A DNA stretch of 64,000 nucleotides from Terriglobales bacterium (GCA_035496675.1 DATJEL010000108.1:6257-70256); one strand, 5' to 3'. Counted from the first letter of the stretch, positions 33,668 through 44,101 are shown. Notes: generated from the sequence alone by a model not told the origin. Made by a program: numbers and translations.

Positions 33668-34996
33668 CTAGGCGCTAGGCGGAGGTGTGGTGTTCGGGGT
33701 GTTCCCCTGCGGCGTCGTGGTTGGAGGCGTGCTACTAGGTGGAGTAGTCGTTCCCGGCGTTGTGCTGCTACCGCCATTCGGAGATGTCGTTCCCGGAGTG
33801 GTGGACGGATTGGTCGATCCCGGAGCGCTGCTCGGCGCAGGAGTCGTAGGGCTGGTCTCGGGCGTGGACGGAGTCGGCGTTGTCTCGGGCGTTGGTCCCG
33901 TTGGGGTCGTCTCCGGGGTCGTGCTGGGGACCGGTGCCGAACCTGCAGTACCCGGCGTCGGGGCCGCAGTTCCGGGAGTGGGTGCCGCCGTTCCTGGCTG
34001 TGAGGTACCCGGAGTCTGGGTGGAACCAGGAGTTGTGGTTTGGCCTGGGGTCGAGCCGGTTTGGCCGTTCATGGTTCCCGTGGTTCCGCTCTGAGATCCT
34101 GTTCCAGCGCCAGCGCCAGCGCCAGCCCCAGTCCCGGCTCCGGTTTGAAGAGCCGCGACCATGATTTGATTTCGGTGCAAAAGCGAACTCGGGCTGCTGG
34201 ATGGTTTTGCGGGCGAAGCGCTCCCGCACTGCTCAGACACCTTGGTGGCATTCGTTACGTTGAACTGCTTCATACCGCCGCTGCTTGCAGTTGCGGTATT
34301 AGAGCTCGAATTCATGCCAGAATTTGCGCCCGCCGACGCCGTGCCGGTAGAAGCGCTGGCCTGTGCCTGATCGGCAGAGCCTGGGTTGGTCGCGCTCGCA
34401 GAAGCGGAACCACCGTTTTCTGCAGCAGTGCCCGTGACCTGGACTTGGTTGCCGACGAGCATGCGTAGGCTGTCCAGATTGCCGGTGAGCTTGTAGTTAT
34501 TTCCGCTTGGGTCCGTCAGCATGTAACTGCCGGTAATCGGAGAGCCTGCGAGACAGCCGGTCAAGGTGTTGCCGCTGGCTGCATTGGCCCCGCCCGGGTT
34601 TGTGCCGTTAGAAGAACCGCTTCCAACTCCACCGGCCGCGCCGGCACCTTGGTTGGTGGTACCGGACTGTGCTGCGCCAGGGGCAGCAGATCCTGTTCCC
34701 GTCTGATCGGTACTCCCCGGGGCATTCGTGGCCGGGGTGGATTGCGCTGGCTGACTGGTGCTCGGACTAGTGGTATCCGGCGAAGCCTGGGGGGTTGTAC
34801 TTGGCGACGTCTGAGGTGTCGTAGTGGGTGAAGTTTGGGGTGTCGAACTCGGTGGAGCAGTTTGGGGCGTCGAGGGGCTGCTTTGCGTCTGCGAAGAGCC
34901 GGTGCTCGAAGGTGTGCTGTCCGGGGCGGTGCTTTGTGCTAGCACCCATGTTCCCGAGAGCAGCACGAGTGAAACCAGTGTTGCTTTTCCTTTCAT
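33668..34996 (-). CDS. Secreted Ser/Thr/Pro/Gly-rich (mucin-like) low-complexity protein with a small Cys-bounded core
   Basis: Signal peptide MKGKATLVSLVLLSGTWVLAQS. Long TPQTSP / TPGTAAP / GAGAGAG tracts surround two non-repetitive pieces (LTGCLAGSPITGSYMLTDPSGNNYKLTGNLDSLRMLVGNQVQVTGT and MKQFNVTNATKVSEQCG). The ATG at 34996 lies 10 nt after GGGAGG. Confidence 0.65.
   Translation of the reverse strand: MKGKATLVSLVLLSGTWVLAQSTAPDSTPSSTGSSQTQSSPSTPQTAPPSSTPQTSPTTTPQTSPSTTPQASPDTTSPSTSQPAQSTPATNAPGSTDQTGTGSAAPGAAQSGTTNQGAGAAGGVGSGSSNGTNPGGANAASGNTLTGCLAGSPITGSYMLTDPSGNNYKLTGNLDSLRMLVGNQVQVTGTAAENGGSASASATNPGSADQAQASASTGTASAGANSGMNSSSNTATASSGGMKQFNVTNATKVSEQCGSASPAKPSSSPSSLLHRNQIMVAALQTGAGTGAGAGAGAGTGSQSGTTGTMNGQTGSTPGQTTTPGSTQTPGTSQPGTAAPTPGTAAPTPGTAGSAPVPSTTPETTPTGPTPETTPTPSTPETSPTTPAPSSAPGSTNPSTTPGTTSPNGGSSTTPGTTTPPSSTPPTTTPQGNTPNTTPPPSA
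34104..34127. repeat. Hexanucleotide tandem repeat (CCAGCG)x3.7 inside the mucin-like gene
   Basis: ccagcgccagcgccagcgccagcc, read directly. It encodes the GAGAGAGAG tract and is in-frame (6-nt unit). Confidence 0.7.
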
Positions 34997-35178
34997 AGCG
35001 ATCCCGCCTCCCAAATAAATTCGTCTGACTCTGGCAATCTATTCGGATTCGTGTTCGGGGAGAATCCAGCGGACTCCTTATGAGCCGCGTGGCGTTACCG
35101 TACAGCGATTTTTCCCGCGGCAGCGCAGAAATTACGCGAAGCAGAGCTGGGCGAAGTAGCTCGCGAAAAAGCTGGTTC

Positions 35179-37074
35179 TTACAAAATTACGCGTTCATCT
35201 CCAATACGTTTGGTGACCCGCTCGCGGTCGAGGTACTCGAGCAAAGGAATGGCGTACTTGCGGCTCACCCCGGTGAGGTCTTTGAATGCCGCAACATCGA
35301 TCTTCGGGTTCTTAGCTTTTTGCGCAACCAGTGAGCTGCGCAGCTGATCGAGCACAGCACGGTGAAATACGAGGTCATCCGAAACCTTGACCAGCAGCTT
35401 CTCGCGAAGCAGCAACGTGACGATCTTCTGCGCCCTCAGCTTGTCGATTTTGAGCCCGGCCAGCACGTTTTCTAGGGCCGGGACTTTGAGCCCAGCTGAG
35501 GCAAATGCCTGCTCGATCGTCTTACGCGACTGGGCTTCTTCATCTTTCATTTCAACGCCCCGGCCGGGTAGATGAACTAAGTCTTGGGTGACCGCAACTT
35601 GCTTTCCGAGGAGCGCGGCGCTCAATACCGCATCGAAAGCGATGGCAGAAAGTGCTGCCTGCTCGCGCAGAATATCTTTGGAAATTCCGGGAACAAGTGG
35701 ATTCTTGCTGTGGAAGTTCGAAACAATTTGCCGTAGGTTTTCAACCGCGGAGACTAAGGCGCGCGCGTCCACGACCCAATCGCGATGGCCAACGATCGAT
35801 CCGCCGGATCTCAGCTCTTTGATCGCCGCTTCCACTTCATTCCGTGTGTGACCGGTTTCCGCGCCCAGCTGCGCCACGGTGATTCCTTGCTGCGCGCGAC
35901 GAACAGTGCGGGCCAGAACCACAGACTGCAGGGTTCCCGCGCTCAAGCTCTCCAAGAACCTGAGCCGTTCGCCGGCAGCTGCTTTCTTTTGCGGCAAGGT
36001 GTCCAGGACGACGCCGCCACCGATCGTGATCACCGGCGAAAATTGCCTGATGATGAAGCGATCCCCTGGAACCAATAAGAGTGAGTCAGCAAGCTGTAGC
36101 TGCAAGAACCCCTCGCTTCCAGGCAGCAACTGCTTGTCCCCCAGCAACCGCACCACGGCGATCGTTTCCGAAGCGAAGGCATGCAGATGCACGCGGGCAC
36201 CGTTCCGCAGTGGCTGCGCAGAGGGCAGAACCGACAGCCTGACATCGATGCGCGAGCTAGCCTGCAGTAGCCCCGGGCTGGCGAGTGTCATGCCTCGAGC
36301 TAACTCTGACTTCTCGACCCCCGGCAGATTGAGCGCGGTGCGCTCGCCGGCAACCGCGTGATTGGCCAAAGAGCCGTGCACTTGTACGCCCCGAACACGG
36401 ACATGTCTTCTGGACGGAAACAGTTCCAGGGCATCTTCCGTGCGGACGGTTCCCGCCACCAGGGTTCCGGTGACGACCGTTCCGAAGCCCTTCATGCTGA
36501 AGACGCGATCGATCGGCAACCGGGCAATCGCTTGCGAGTTGCGAGCGGGAAGCTTTCCTGCCAGGTGCACCAACTCTCGCTTGAGATCCGGGACGCCCGT
36601 TCCGGTCAGCGAGCTGAGGAGGAGAATGGGAGAATTCTCGAGAAACGATCCTCGAAGGAGGTCTTCGACCTCCATGCGGACAAGTTCGAGGGTGTCTTTG
36701 TCCACCAGGTCGGATTTGCTCAGAACGGTAATGCCGCCCTGAACACAAAGCAGCCGGCAGATATCGAAATGTTCGCGGGTTTGTGGCTTGATTCCCTCAT
36801 CCGCGGCAATGACGAAGAGAACGAGATCGATCCCTCCCACTCCCGCCAGCATGTTGCGCACGAAGCGCTCGTGGCCGGGGACATCGACAAAGCCGAAGCG
36901 CAGCACCTCGCCATTGGAGGCATTCATTTCCAAGTGCGCAAATCCCAGGTCAATCGTTATGCCACGGCGCTTTTCTTCTTCCAGCCGGTCGGCATCGATG
37001 CCGGTGAGAGCCTTGACCAGGGCCGTCTTGCCGTGATCGATGTGGCCCGCCGTGCCCACGATGACGGATTTCAT
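35179..37074 (-). CDS. selB: Selenocysteine-specific translation elongation factor SelB
   Basis: The start is taken at [46 protein letters not shown] (EF-Tu-like G domain). About 630 aa, with C-terminal winged-helix repeats ending ...[26 protein letters not shown] (SECIS-binding domain). Confidence 0.9.
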   Translation of the reverse strand: MKSVIVGTAGHIDHGKTALVKALTGIDADRLEEEKRRGITIDLGFAHLEMNASNGEVLRFGFVDVPGHERFVRNMLAGVGGIDLVLFVIAADEGIKPQTREHFDICRLLCVQGGITVLSKSDLVDKDTLELVRMEVEDLLRGSFLENSPILLLSSLTGTGVPDLKRELVHLAGKLPARNSQAIARLPIDRVFSMKGFGTVVTGTLVAGTVRTEDALELFPSRRHVRVRGVQVHGSLANHAVAGERTALNLPGVEKSELARGMTLASPGLLQASSRIDVRLSVLPSAQPLRNGARVHLHAFASETIAVVRLLGDKQLLPGSEGFLQLQLADSLLLVPGDRFIIRQFSPVITIGGGVVLDTLPQKKAAAGERLRFLESLSAGTLQSVVLARTVRRAQQGITVAQLGAETGHTRNEVEAAIKELRSGGSIVGHRDWVVDARALVSAVENLRQIVSNFHSKNPLVPGISKDILREQAALSAIAFDAVLSAALLGKQVAVTQDLVHLPGRGVEMKDEEAQSRKTIEQAFASAGLKVPALENVLAGLKIDKLRAQKIVTLLLREKLLVKVSDDLVFHRAVLDQLRSSLVAQKAKNPKIDVAAFKDLTGVSRKYAIPLLEYLDRERVTKRIGDERVIL

Positions 37075-37223
37075 CCGACTCAGTATAGGGGGTCGTGGCC
37101 CAAAGATCACTGCTCGCAGCTGTGTGCGAGAGGCGCGACGCACGAGCGGGTACTTGGTTTCTGCGCTGCAGTTTTTCTGCTTTTGCTGCAATGCCGGGAA
37201 ATGCGACAATAGAGTTTCCCCAC

Positions 37224-39545
37224 ATGACCACCACGGCGATCCCTGCAATTACTCCCGAAATACTGCGTGGCCACGGAATCACGCCGGAGGAATTCGAGCG
37301 CATCAAATCCCTGCTTGGGCGTGAACCCTCCTTTACCGAGCTCGGAATCTTCAGCGTGATGTGGAGTGAGCACTGCTCCTACAAGTCTTCGCGTGTTCAT
37401 CTGAAACGCCTGCCGACCCGCAGCCAGCGCGTGCTGCAAGGACCGGGCGAGAACGCGGGAATCATCGATATCGGCGAAGGATGGGCGTGTGCTTTCAAGA
37501 TCGAATCCCACAACCATCCTTCGTTTGTAGAACCCTTTCAGGGCGCGACCACCGGGGTGGGCGGGATCTTGCGCGACATCTTCACCATGGGCGCGCGGCC
37601 GGTAGCGGTCATGGATTCGTTGAGGTTCGGGCCGATCAGGGCAGAAGAAGCGGGCACCGGGTCCCCCGCCACGCACGCTGATATTCACCGAAACCACTCC
37701 ATTCTCGAAGGGGTGGTCAGCGGCATTGCTTCCTACGGCAATTGCTTTGGCGTTCCGAATCTGGGTGGTGAGACCAAGTTGGAACCATGCTATTCCGGGA
37801 ACCCGCTGGTGAACGCCTTTGCGCTCGGATTGGTGCGCAAAGACCAGATCTTCTACGCGAAAGCTTCAGGTGAAGGCAATCCCGTCATCTACGTTGGCGC
37901 CAAGACCGGTCGCGACGGCATTCATGGCGCGACCATGGCTTCAGAAGAGTTCAGCGAAGAATCCGAAGCCAAGCGGCCGAATGTTCAGGTGGGAGATCCC
38001 TTCTTAGAAAAGCTCCTTCTGGAAGCCTGCCTCGAAGCCATGCAAACCGGAGCGATTGTAGGGATTCAGGACATGGGGGCCGCGGGGTTGACTTGCTCAA
38101 CCTGCGAGATGGGCGCGCGCGGCGGTGTTGGCTTAGAGATCGAAATGGACCGAGTGCCGCAGCGCGAGACTGGCATGAATGCCTACGAAATCCTGTTGAG
38201 CGAGTCGCAGGAACGCATGCTGCTCGTGGCCCAGAAAGGGCGCGAAGAAGAGGTCTATCGCGTTTTCCGCAAGTGGGGACTTGACGCGGTCGAGGTCGGG
38301 CGCGTAATCAGCGAGTCGCGCATGCGGGTGCTCGAGCACGGCCAGGTGGTTGCCGATATTCCCAATACCGCACTGACCGATGACGCTCCGGTTTATAAGC
38401 GCCCGCTGGCGCGCTTTGAACCTCCCATTCCGCGGGAGATGCCGGAAAATATCAGGCTTGGCCAGCGAACAGAATTTACCGCCGACCTGATGACCCTCCT
38501 CGGCTCGGACAACATCTGCAGCAAGCGCTGGATTTATCAGCAGTACGACTCGATGGTGCAGACCAATACGGTCGAGGGCCCGGGAAATGGCGATGGCGGA
38601 GTGATTCGCATCAAGGGCTCGCAACGTGGGTTATCGATGGCCCTCGATGGAAATGGGCGCTGGTGCTACCTCGATCCAAAGCTGGGCGCAATGCATGCGG
38701 TTGCCGAATCAGCGCGCAACGTGGCCTGCACCGGAGCCTTACCCGTGGGGGCGACAAATTGCCTGAACTTTGGCAATCCCGAGAAGCCGCCGATCATGTG
38801 GCAGTTCTCGCAAGTCATTGATGGAATCACTAAGGCTTGTGAGGAGCTTGACATCCCGATCACCGGCGGCAATGTCAGTTTCTACAACGAAACGCTCGGA
38901 GAAGGGATTTATCCCACTCCGGTGCTGGGTGTGGTTGGCATCCTTGAAGACGTCAGCAAGGCCATGTTCCCGCACTTCCGCGAAACGGGCCGTTCCGTTG
39001 TTCTCTTGCGAGGTTCTGAGCCCGGAGACCTGACCGACGCGGAAACCGAGCTCGGGTCTTCGGAGTACGCCAAGACCGTGCTGAAACAGCTCTGGGGCTT
39101 CCCCCCGGCACTCGAACTAGAAAGCGAAGCGGCCCTGCAGAAGGCCCTGGTTCAACTCATCGCCTCGCACCTGATTGATTCCGCGCACGATTGCTCGGAG
39201 GGCGGGTTGGCCGTCGCCCTGTCCCGATGCGCCTTTCCCAGGCAGACCGGCTGCTCGGTCGACCTTTCTTCTCAAGGAATTGCACCAGAATTTGTGCTGT
39301 TTGGCGAGGACGCAAGCCGCGTCGTAATCTCTTGCGACCCGGCTAACGTGGTTCGAATCAAAGAAGTAGCGGGCCAATACGGCATTTTCGCTGATCGGTT
39401 GGGGGAGACCATTTCCGGCAACTTGGAAATCAAAGTAGATGGTCGAACGCTCATTCGGGCATCCATTGCCGAATTGCGCGAAGTGTATGAGAATGCGCTC
39501 GAGCAGGCGTTAAGAGCGGAGCCTGTGGGGATAGCAGCCGACTGA
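37224..39545 (+). CDS. purL: Phosphoribosylformylglycinamidine synthase subunit PurL (FGAM synthase II)
   Basis: [42 protein letters not shown] and DCSEGGL motifs. The ATG at 37224 is preferred. The ATG at 37191 is also possible. Confidence 0.93.
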   Translation: MTTTAIPAITPEILRGHGITPEEFERIKSLLGREPSFTELGIFSVMWSEHCSYKSSRVHLKRLPTRSQRVLQGPGENAGIIDIGEGWACAFKIESHNHPSFVEPFQGATTGVGGILRDIFTMGARPVAVMDSLRFGPIRAEEAGTGSPATHADIHRNHSILEGVVSGIASYGNCFGVPNLGGETKLEPCYSGNPLVNAFALGLVRKDQIFYAKASGEGNPVIYVGAKTGRDGIHGATMASEEFSEESEAKRPNVQVGDPFLEKLLLEACLEAMQTGAIVGIQDMGAAGLTCSTCEMGARGGVGLEIEMDRVPQRETGMNAYEILLSESQERMLLVAQKGREEEVYRVFRKWGLDAVEVGRVISESRMRVLEHGQVVADIPNTALTDDAPVYKRPLARFEPPIPREMPENIRLGQRTEFTADLMTLLGSDNICSKRWIYQQYDSMVQTNTVEGPGNGDGGVIRIKGSQRGLSMALDGNGRWCYLDPKLGAMHAVAESARNVACTGALPVGATNCLNFGNPEKPPIMWQFSQVIDGITKACEELDIPITGGNVSFYNETLGEGIYPTPVLGVVGILEDVSKAMFPHFRETGRSVVLLRGSEPGDLTDAETELGSSEYAKTVLKQLWGFPPALELESEAALQKALVQLIASHLIDSAHDCSEGGLAVALSRCAFPRQTGCSVDLSSQGIAPEFVLFGEDASRVVISCDPANVVRIKEVAGQYGIFADRLGETISGNLEIKVDGRTLIRASIAELREVYENALEQALRAEPVGIAAD

Positions 39546-39574
39546 ATTTGGGTTGAACTAAGGGGCGGGAACCG

Positions 39575-41008
39575 ATGGCAAATTCGGACAAGTTTCGCGA
39601 AGAGTGCGGGGTGGTAGCAATCTATCAGCACCCAGAGGCGGAGACGCTCGCTTACCTTGGCTTGCACGCTTTGCAGCATCGCGGGCAGGAATCGGCGGGC
39701 ATCGTCACCTCCGACGGCTTGTCACTGCACATCCACAAGGCGATGGGTCTCGTAGCCGACATCTTCACTGAGAAAAAGCTCTCGCGCATCCGCGGCACGC
39801 TCGCCATCGGCCACACGCGATACTCGACCTCGGGCGATTCCGCCATCCTCAACGCACAGCCGATCATGGTGCAATCGAACAAAGGCATGATCGCCCTGGC
39901 GCACAATGGCAATCTCACCAACGCGCAAGACATCCGGGCGCGGATGGAAGCGCAGGGATCGATCTTCCAGACCACCAGCGACACGGAGGTCATCGTCCAC
40001 CTCATTGCCCAATCCCGGGAACAGACTCTGCCGGACGCAATCACCGACGCATTGCGTCGAGTGGAAGGGGCGTTTTCGCTGGTGATGATCAGTCCAGACC
40101 GGATTTTTGCGGCGCGTGACCCGCGAGGCTTCCGCCCCTTGGCCATGGGACGCATTCCTGCACAGGGGGAGCAGCGTCAGGACACAATCGTATTTGCATC
40201 CGAAACCTGCGCCTTTGATCTGATTGGCGCCAAGTATGAGCGCGAAGTAAAGCCCGGCGAGTTGATCATCGTTGGCCCCGATGGCCCCCCGACATCCCGC
40301 TTCTACGCCTCAGCCATGCCGCAGTCGAGCTGCATCTTCGAGCACGTGTATTTCGCGCGACCGGACAGCAGAATCTTCGGACGTTCCGTGCAGGAGAGCC
40401 GAGAAGAACTTGGACGGCAACTCGCCCGGGAATCTCCGGCCGATGCCGACTTGATCGTGCCGGTCCCGGATTCAGGAGTCACGGCCGCGATTGGATATTC
40501 TGCCGAGAGTGGTATTCCTCTCCGCTTTGGGCTCATTCGCAACCATTACGTCGGACGCACCTTCATTGAACCGCAGCAATCGGTGCGAGACTTTGGGGTG
40601 AAGCTCAAACTGAACCCGGTGCGCAGCCTGCTGGAAGGCAAGCGCGTGGTGCTGATCGACGACTCCATCGTTCGTGGCACCACCAGCCGCAAGATCGTTC
40701 GTATGATCCGTAACGCCGGCGCCAAGGAAGTCCACATGCGCATCTCATGCCCGCCGACCATGTCGCCGTGCTTCTATGGCGTGGACACCCCGCGCAAAAA
40801 GGAACTTATTGCGGCCAACAACACCATCGAACAGATCCGACAATACATCGGCGCCGATTCTTTGGCGTATCTCTCGCTCGAAGGTTTGAGGAAGGCCTGC
40901 CGCGACGGCGAGAAGACCACCTATTGCACCGCCTGCTATACCGGTGTCTACCCGACGAATCTGGTGGACATCGAAGAGATTCAGCCGCTCGTCGTCGGGA
41001 AGCGGTGA
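39575..41008 (+). CDS. purF: Amidophosphoribosyltransferase PurF
   Basis: N-terminal nucleophile CGVVAIY after a short propeptide, a PRTase motif (VVLIDDSIVRGTTS) and C-terminal Cys residues (YCTACYTG) suggesting the Fe-S type. Confidence 0.95.
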   Translation: MANSDKFREECGVVAIYQHPEAETLAYLGLHALQHRGQESAGIVTSDGLSLHIHKAMGLVADIFTEKKLSRIRGTLAIGHTRYSTSGDSAILNAQPIMVQSNKGMIALAHNGNLTNAQDIRARMEAQGSIFQTTSDTEVIVHLIAQSREQTLPDAITDALRRVEGAFSLVMISPDRIFAARDPRGFRPLAMGRIPAQGEQRQDTIVFASETCAFDLIGAKYEREVKPGELIIVGPDGPPTSRFYASAMPQSSCIFEHVYFARPDSRIFGRSVQESREELGRQLARESPADADLIVPVPDSGVTAAIGYSAESGIPLRFGLIRNHYVGRTFIEPQQSVRDFGVKLKLNPVRSLLEGKRVVLIDDSIVRGTTSRKIVRMIRNAGAKEVHMRISCPPTMSPCFYGVDTPRKKELIAANNTIEQIRQYIGADSLAYLSLEGLRKACRDGEKTTYCTACYTGVYPTNLVDIEEIQPLVVGKR

Positions 41009-41760
41009 GTTCCTGGCCGAAATCTCATTCCCTCAAGCAACGGCTTGATCCTGTAGCCGCCTACAACCAGCTCGCTCCCTACTATTCACATTTCAGCAGA
41101 CGACGCGCCGCGTATCTGCGCCGGGTTGAAGAACTGATCGCAACCCGAATTCCTCTAGGAGCTTCTTCCTTGCTCGACATCGGGGCAGGGGACGGCCAGC
41201 GAGCCCTGCGCATCGCGAGCACGTCTCAAATCTCGCAGGTGGTTCTCTTGGAACCCAGTGTGAGCATGTCGGGAGAGAACCCTTCCGCATGTGAGGTCTG
41301 GCGAACACGGGTGGAGGATTTGGATGTATCGAAGGTGGCACTTCGCTTCGACGTGATCACCTGCCTGTGGAACGTTCTCGGACACGTAGAAGGATCCAAG
41401 AACCGGGTGCGTGCCTTGAGCCTTGCCGCGCAACTGCTTTCCCCGAAGGGGCTACTGTTTCTGGATGTCATTCACCGCTACAACGTGCGCTCCTACGGGG
41501 TTGTGATGACGGCCGCCCGTTGGCTCGGTGATCATCTGGCGCCGAGCAACGACAGTGGCGATGTCCAAGCGCGGTGGCAAACCTCCGCAGGCGAAATCAG
41601 GACCTATGGCCACGTTTTTACCCATCCCGAGATGGAGCATCTAGCTCGATCCGCCGGTCTTGAGTCGAGCGAGCGAGTTGTCATCGACTATGGGACGGGC
41701 AAAGTTCATCGCCCCAGCTGCATGGGAAATCTGCTCTATGTCCTTCGTTTCAGCTGCTGA
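41005..41760 (+). CDS. Class I SAM-dependent methyltransferase
   Basis: SAM motif I LLDIGAGDGQRAL and post-I/II motifs (VVLLEPS, FDVITCLWNVLGHV, LLSPKGLLFLDV). There is no in-frame ATG after the purF stop. A GTG at 41005 forms a GTGA overlap with the purF stop. Confidence 0.65.
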   Translation: MSSWPKSHSLKQRLDPVAAYNQLAPYYSHFSRRRAAYLRRVEELIATRIPLGASSLLDIGAGDGQRALRIASTSQISQVVLLEPSVSMSGENPSACEVWRTRVEDLDVSKVALRFDVITCLWNVLGHVEGSKNRVRALSLAAQLLSPKGLLFLDVIHRYNVRSYGVVMTAARWLGDHLAPSNDSGDVQARWQTSAGEIRTYGHVFTHPEMEHLARSAGLESSERVVIDYGTGKVHRPSCMGNLLYVLRFSC

Positions 41761-42938
41761 ATCGCACCTTGCAAGGCGCTGCACACCTGCTGAATTTCAC
41801 TTTCCGTCAGCTCGTTAAAGAACGGCAGCTGGATCACGCGATCGGCCACAAATTCCGTATTCGGCAACGACCCAGCTTGCCATGCCTCAGAGGCGTTTCC
41901 GACGGCAAACTCCGCCTCTCCTGTGAGTACGGTCTTCGCCAAGCCTCGCACGGCCGGCTGGCGGTGCAATGGCGCGAAATACCTTCCCGTCGCGATTCCC
42001 CTCTCGAGCATTGCTTGGCAGATTCGGTCGCGGTCTTCCGCGTTAAACTCTGCCCCGAGTTGAACCGGATAAACGAACCAGCTGATCCGTCCGATATCAG
42101 AGGATCGCGGCGGCCGATCAATCTGTGAAATACCGGCCAGGGCGCCATGATAGGTTTCCGCCAGCATCTGACGCTTTTGAATCACCGCTTCGATTCGTGC
42201 GAGCTGAGAAATTCCGAGCGCGCAATTGATGTCGGAGATCCGATAGCTGAAACCCACCTCGGCTTGCGAATTCCAGCCGAGCGCCGGATCTCGCCCCTGG
42301 TTGCGTAGCCGAGCCGCCCTTTGTGCCAAATTTTCGTCCGAGGTGACGAGCATACCGCCTTCGCCGGTAGTGATCTGCTTGTTTGGATAAAAGGCAAACA
42401 GGCCAGCATCGGCGACGGTTCCCGCTTTCCGCCCGTTCGCCTCCGCTCCCAAAGCCTCACAGGCATCCTCGATTACGTGAATCCTTTTCCCGCCCGCTGT
42501 TCTCCGCACGTCCTCGACAATCTTGATTCCGTCCACCGGAAAGCCAAATGTGTGCACGACCATGATCAACCGGGTTTCAGGCGTGATCACCCTCAGCATC
42601 GACTCGGCAGAGCAGTTGTACGAGCAAGCGTCTAAATCCACGAATCTCGGACGGAGCCCTTCGAGGAGAATGGCGTTGAGCAGCGCGGAAAATGTGTATG
42701 ACGGCACGACGACTTCGGCTCCACGCTCGATTCCGAGGGCTCGAATGGCAAGCTGTAGGGCCGATGTCCCGGAATTGACCGCGACGGCGTGTGCCGCCCC
42801 CGTGTAATCGCACATGGCGCGTTCGAATTCGGCAACCTTCGGGCCGGAGCTGAGGTAAGGGGTCTTGAGCACGTCCATGACGGCTTTGCGGTCCACCTCG
42901 GTGAGTTCCGGTTTCGCAAGCGGGATACGGAGATTCAT
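41736..42938 (-). CDS. DegT/DnrJ/EryC1/StrS-family PLP-dependent sugar aminotransferase
   Basis: IPLAKPELTEVDRKAVMDVLKTPYLSSGPKVAEFERAMCDYTG..AVAVNSGTSALQLA and a later FYPNKQITTGEGG (Lys for PLP). Its 3' end overlaps the converging methyltransferase by 25 nt. Confidence 0.88.
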   Translation of the reverse strand: MNLRIPLAKPELTEVDRKAVMDVLKTPYLSSGPKVAEFERAMCDYTGAAHAVAVNSGTSALQLAIRALGIERGAEVVVPSYTFSALLNAILLEGLRPRFVDLDACSYNCSAESMLRVITPETRLIMVVHTFGFPVDGIKIVEDVRRTAGGKRIHVIEDACEALGAEANGRKAGTVADAGLFAFYPNKQITTGEGGMLVTSDENLAQRAARLRNQGRDPALGWNSQAEVGFSYRISDINCALGISQLARIEAVIQKRQMLAETYHGALAGISQIDRPPRSSDIGRISWFVYPVQLGAEFNAEDRDRICQAMLERGIATGRYFAPLHRQPAVRGLAKTVLTGEAEFAVGNASEAWQAGSLPNTEFVADRVIQLPFFNELTESEIQQVCSALQGAIQQLKRRT

Positions 42939-44101
42939 AGCAGATGGGCGTGCTTGAACAGGAGCTTTGCGCCAAGCGGCGATCGCGCCAGCACCCTGGA
43001 GATGATGCGGGCAGCGTTGCCTTGGCCATAAGGGTTCTCAAGATCCCGTAGCGAGCGGCCGAATTTTGGCGAGAGCGCAAGCTTCACGGCTCCTTCGATG
43101 GCCCCCGCTTGTGCCGGAACATCGATCACGTTCTTGGCATGCTCCCGGCCTCGCTGCCGGATGCCAACGTTGATGGCGGGAAGAGCGAGGGAGGTGGATT
43201 CGATGATCCCGCTGCTGGAATTCCCGATCAGTACACCTGAATGTTTCAGGAGACTTAAGTAGACCAGATGATCGAGATTCACGAGCACACGCGCTTGCTC
43301 CTGCTCCTTGGCGAAATCGATCGCCCTCTCGACCAACTGACGTCCCCCGGCATCGGCATTGGGATAAATCAAGGTGATCTGCCGTCCCAGACCTGCGAGT
43401 GCCGCAAAGACCTCCTCGGCCTCTTCGGTGGGGTTGGGCAGCATGGTAACGGGATGGTAGATACAAACCAGAGAATCTGGCAGGACCTCAAACCCGAGCC
43501 TCTTTTCGAGCTTTGCGCGGCTCAGCAGGGGCTCGCGGCGGAGCGCATCGAGCGAAAGGCTGCCACTGAAGGTAATGCGCCAAGGCTCCTCGCCCATGTC
43601 GGCGATCCGCTTCGCCGCATTCTTCGTACAAGCGAAATGAAGGTGAGACATTTTTGTGAGCGCATTGCGGACGGTGTCGTCAATCGCTCCGGCCGTAATC
43701 TCGCCGCCCTCAATATGGGCAATCGGAATGCGCAGCGCCAGGGCGGCTGCCGCGGGTGCCAGCATTTCGTACCGGTCGGCGATCAACACAACCATATCGG
43801 GGCGGAGGCGGCCCAAAGCATCGGCAAAGCCCAGGGTCGCCACTCCGATGGTTTTGGCCATGCCTACGTCGGTATCGGAATCAAGCAAGCATTCCACCTG
43901 CTCGATCCGAAAGTCCCGCTTCCAGCCCGATCGAATGTTCCTTCCTGTGTTTCCGAATACCGGCGAAAGGTGTGGCCCCAGGGCAAGGACCTCCAGCTCG
44001 ATTTTGGGGTCGGCGCTAAGCTCGTGCAGCAACCAGCGCACATGCGCGTAGTCTGCACGTGACGACGTCACAACCGCAATTTTTCTCCTGACGGAAGCCA
44101 C
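42935..44101 (-). CDS. UDP-N-acetylglucosamine 2-epimerase, hydrolysing type (NeuC-like)
   Basis: KIAVVTSSRADYAHVRWLLHEL, LIADRYEMLAPAAAALALRIPIAHIEGGE and IGNSSSGIIE motifs. ATGA overlap with the DegT gene. Confidence 0.85.
   Translation of the reverse strand: MASVRRKIAVVTSSRADYAHVRWLLHELSADPKIELEVLALGPHLSPVFGNTGRNIRSGWKRDFRIEQVECLLDSDTDVGMAKTIGVATLGFADALGRLRPDMVVLIADRYEMLAPAAAALALRIPIAHIEGGEITAGAIDDTVRNALTKMSHLHFACTKNAAKRIADMGEEPWRITFSGSLSLDALRREPLLSRAKLEKRLGFEVLPDSLVCIYHPVTMLPNPTEEAEEVFAALAGLGRQITLIYPNADAGGRQLVERAIDFAKEQEQARVLVNLDHLVYLSLLKHSGVLIGNSSSGIIESTSLALPAINVGIRQRGREHAKNVIDVPAQAGAIEGAVKLALSPKFGRSLRDLENPYGQGNAARIISRVLARSPLGAKLLFKHAHLL

Noticed and set aside
33545-34003. 152-aa extremely Arg-rich + strand ORF (RRRGWRRATRWSSRSRRC...), plus several other ORFs overlapping 33668-35014 in other frames.
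   Set aside because: This is an artefact of reading the low-complexity, purine/pyrimidine-skewed mucin-like gene in other frames. It has no start context and crosses the yggX start and the terminator hairpin.
35015-35178. Searched the spacer downstream of selB for a tRNA-Sec (selC). A GGATTC-N11-GAATCC hairpin lies at 35045-35067.
   Set aside because: There is no acceptor stem/T-arm (GGTTCGAnTCC-like) architecture or tRNA-length cloverleaf. It looks like an ordinary hairpin in a promoter/3' region.
37090-37104. GGGGGTCGTGGCCC upstream of purL recalls the GGGUCGUG start of ZTP (pfl) riboswitches, which often control purine genes.
   Set aside because: The rest of the pfl consensus is absent between 37075 and 37223, as far as I can read. 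That includes the downstream CCGCCUGGGC-type pseudoknot partner. An Rfam scan would settle it.
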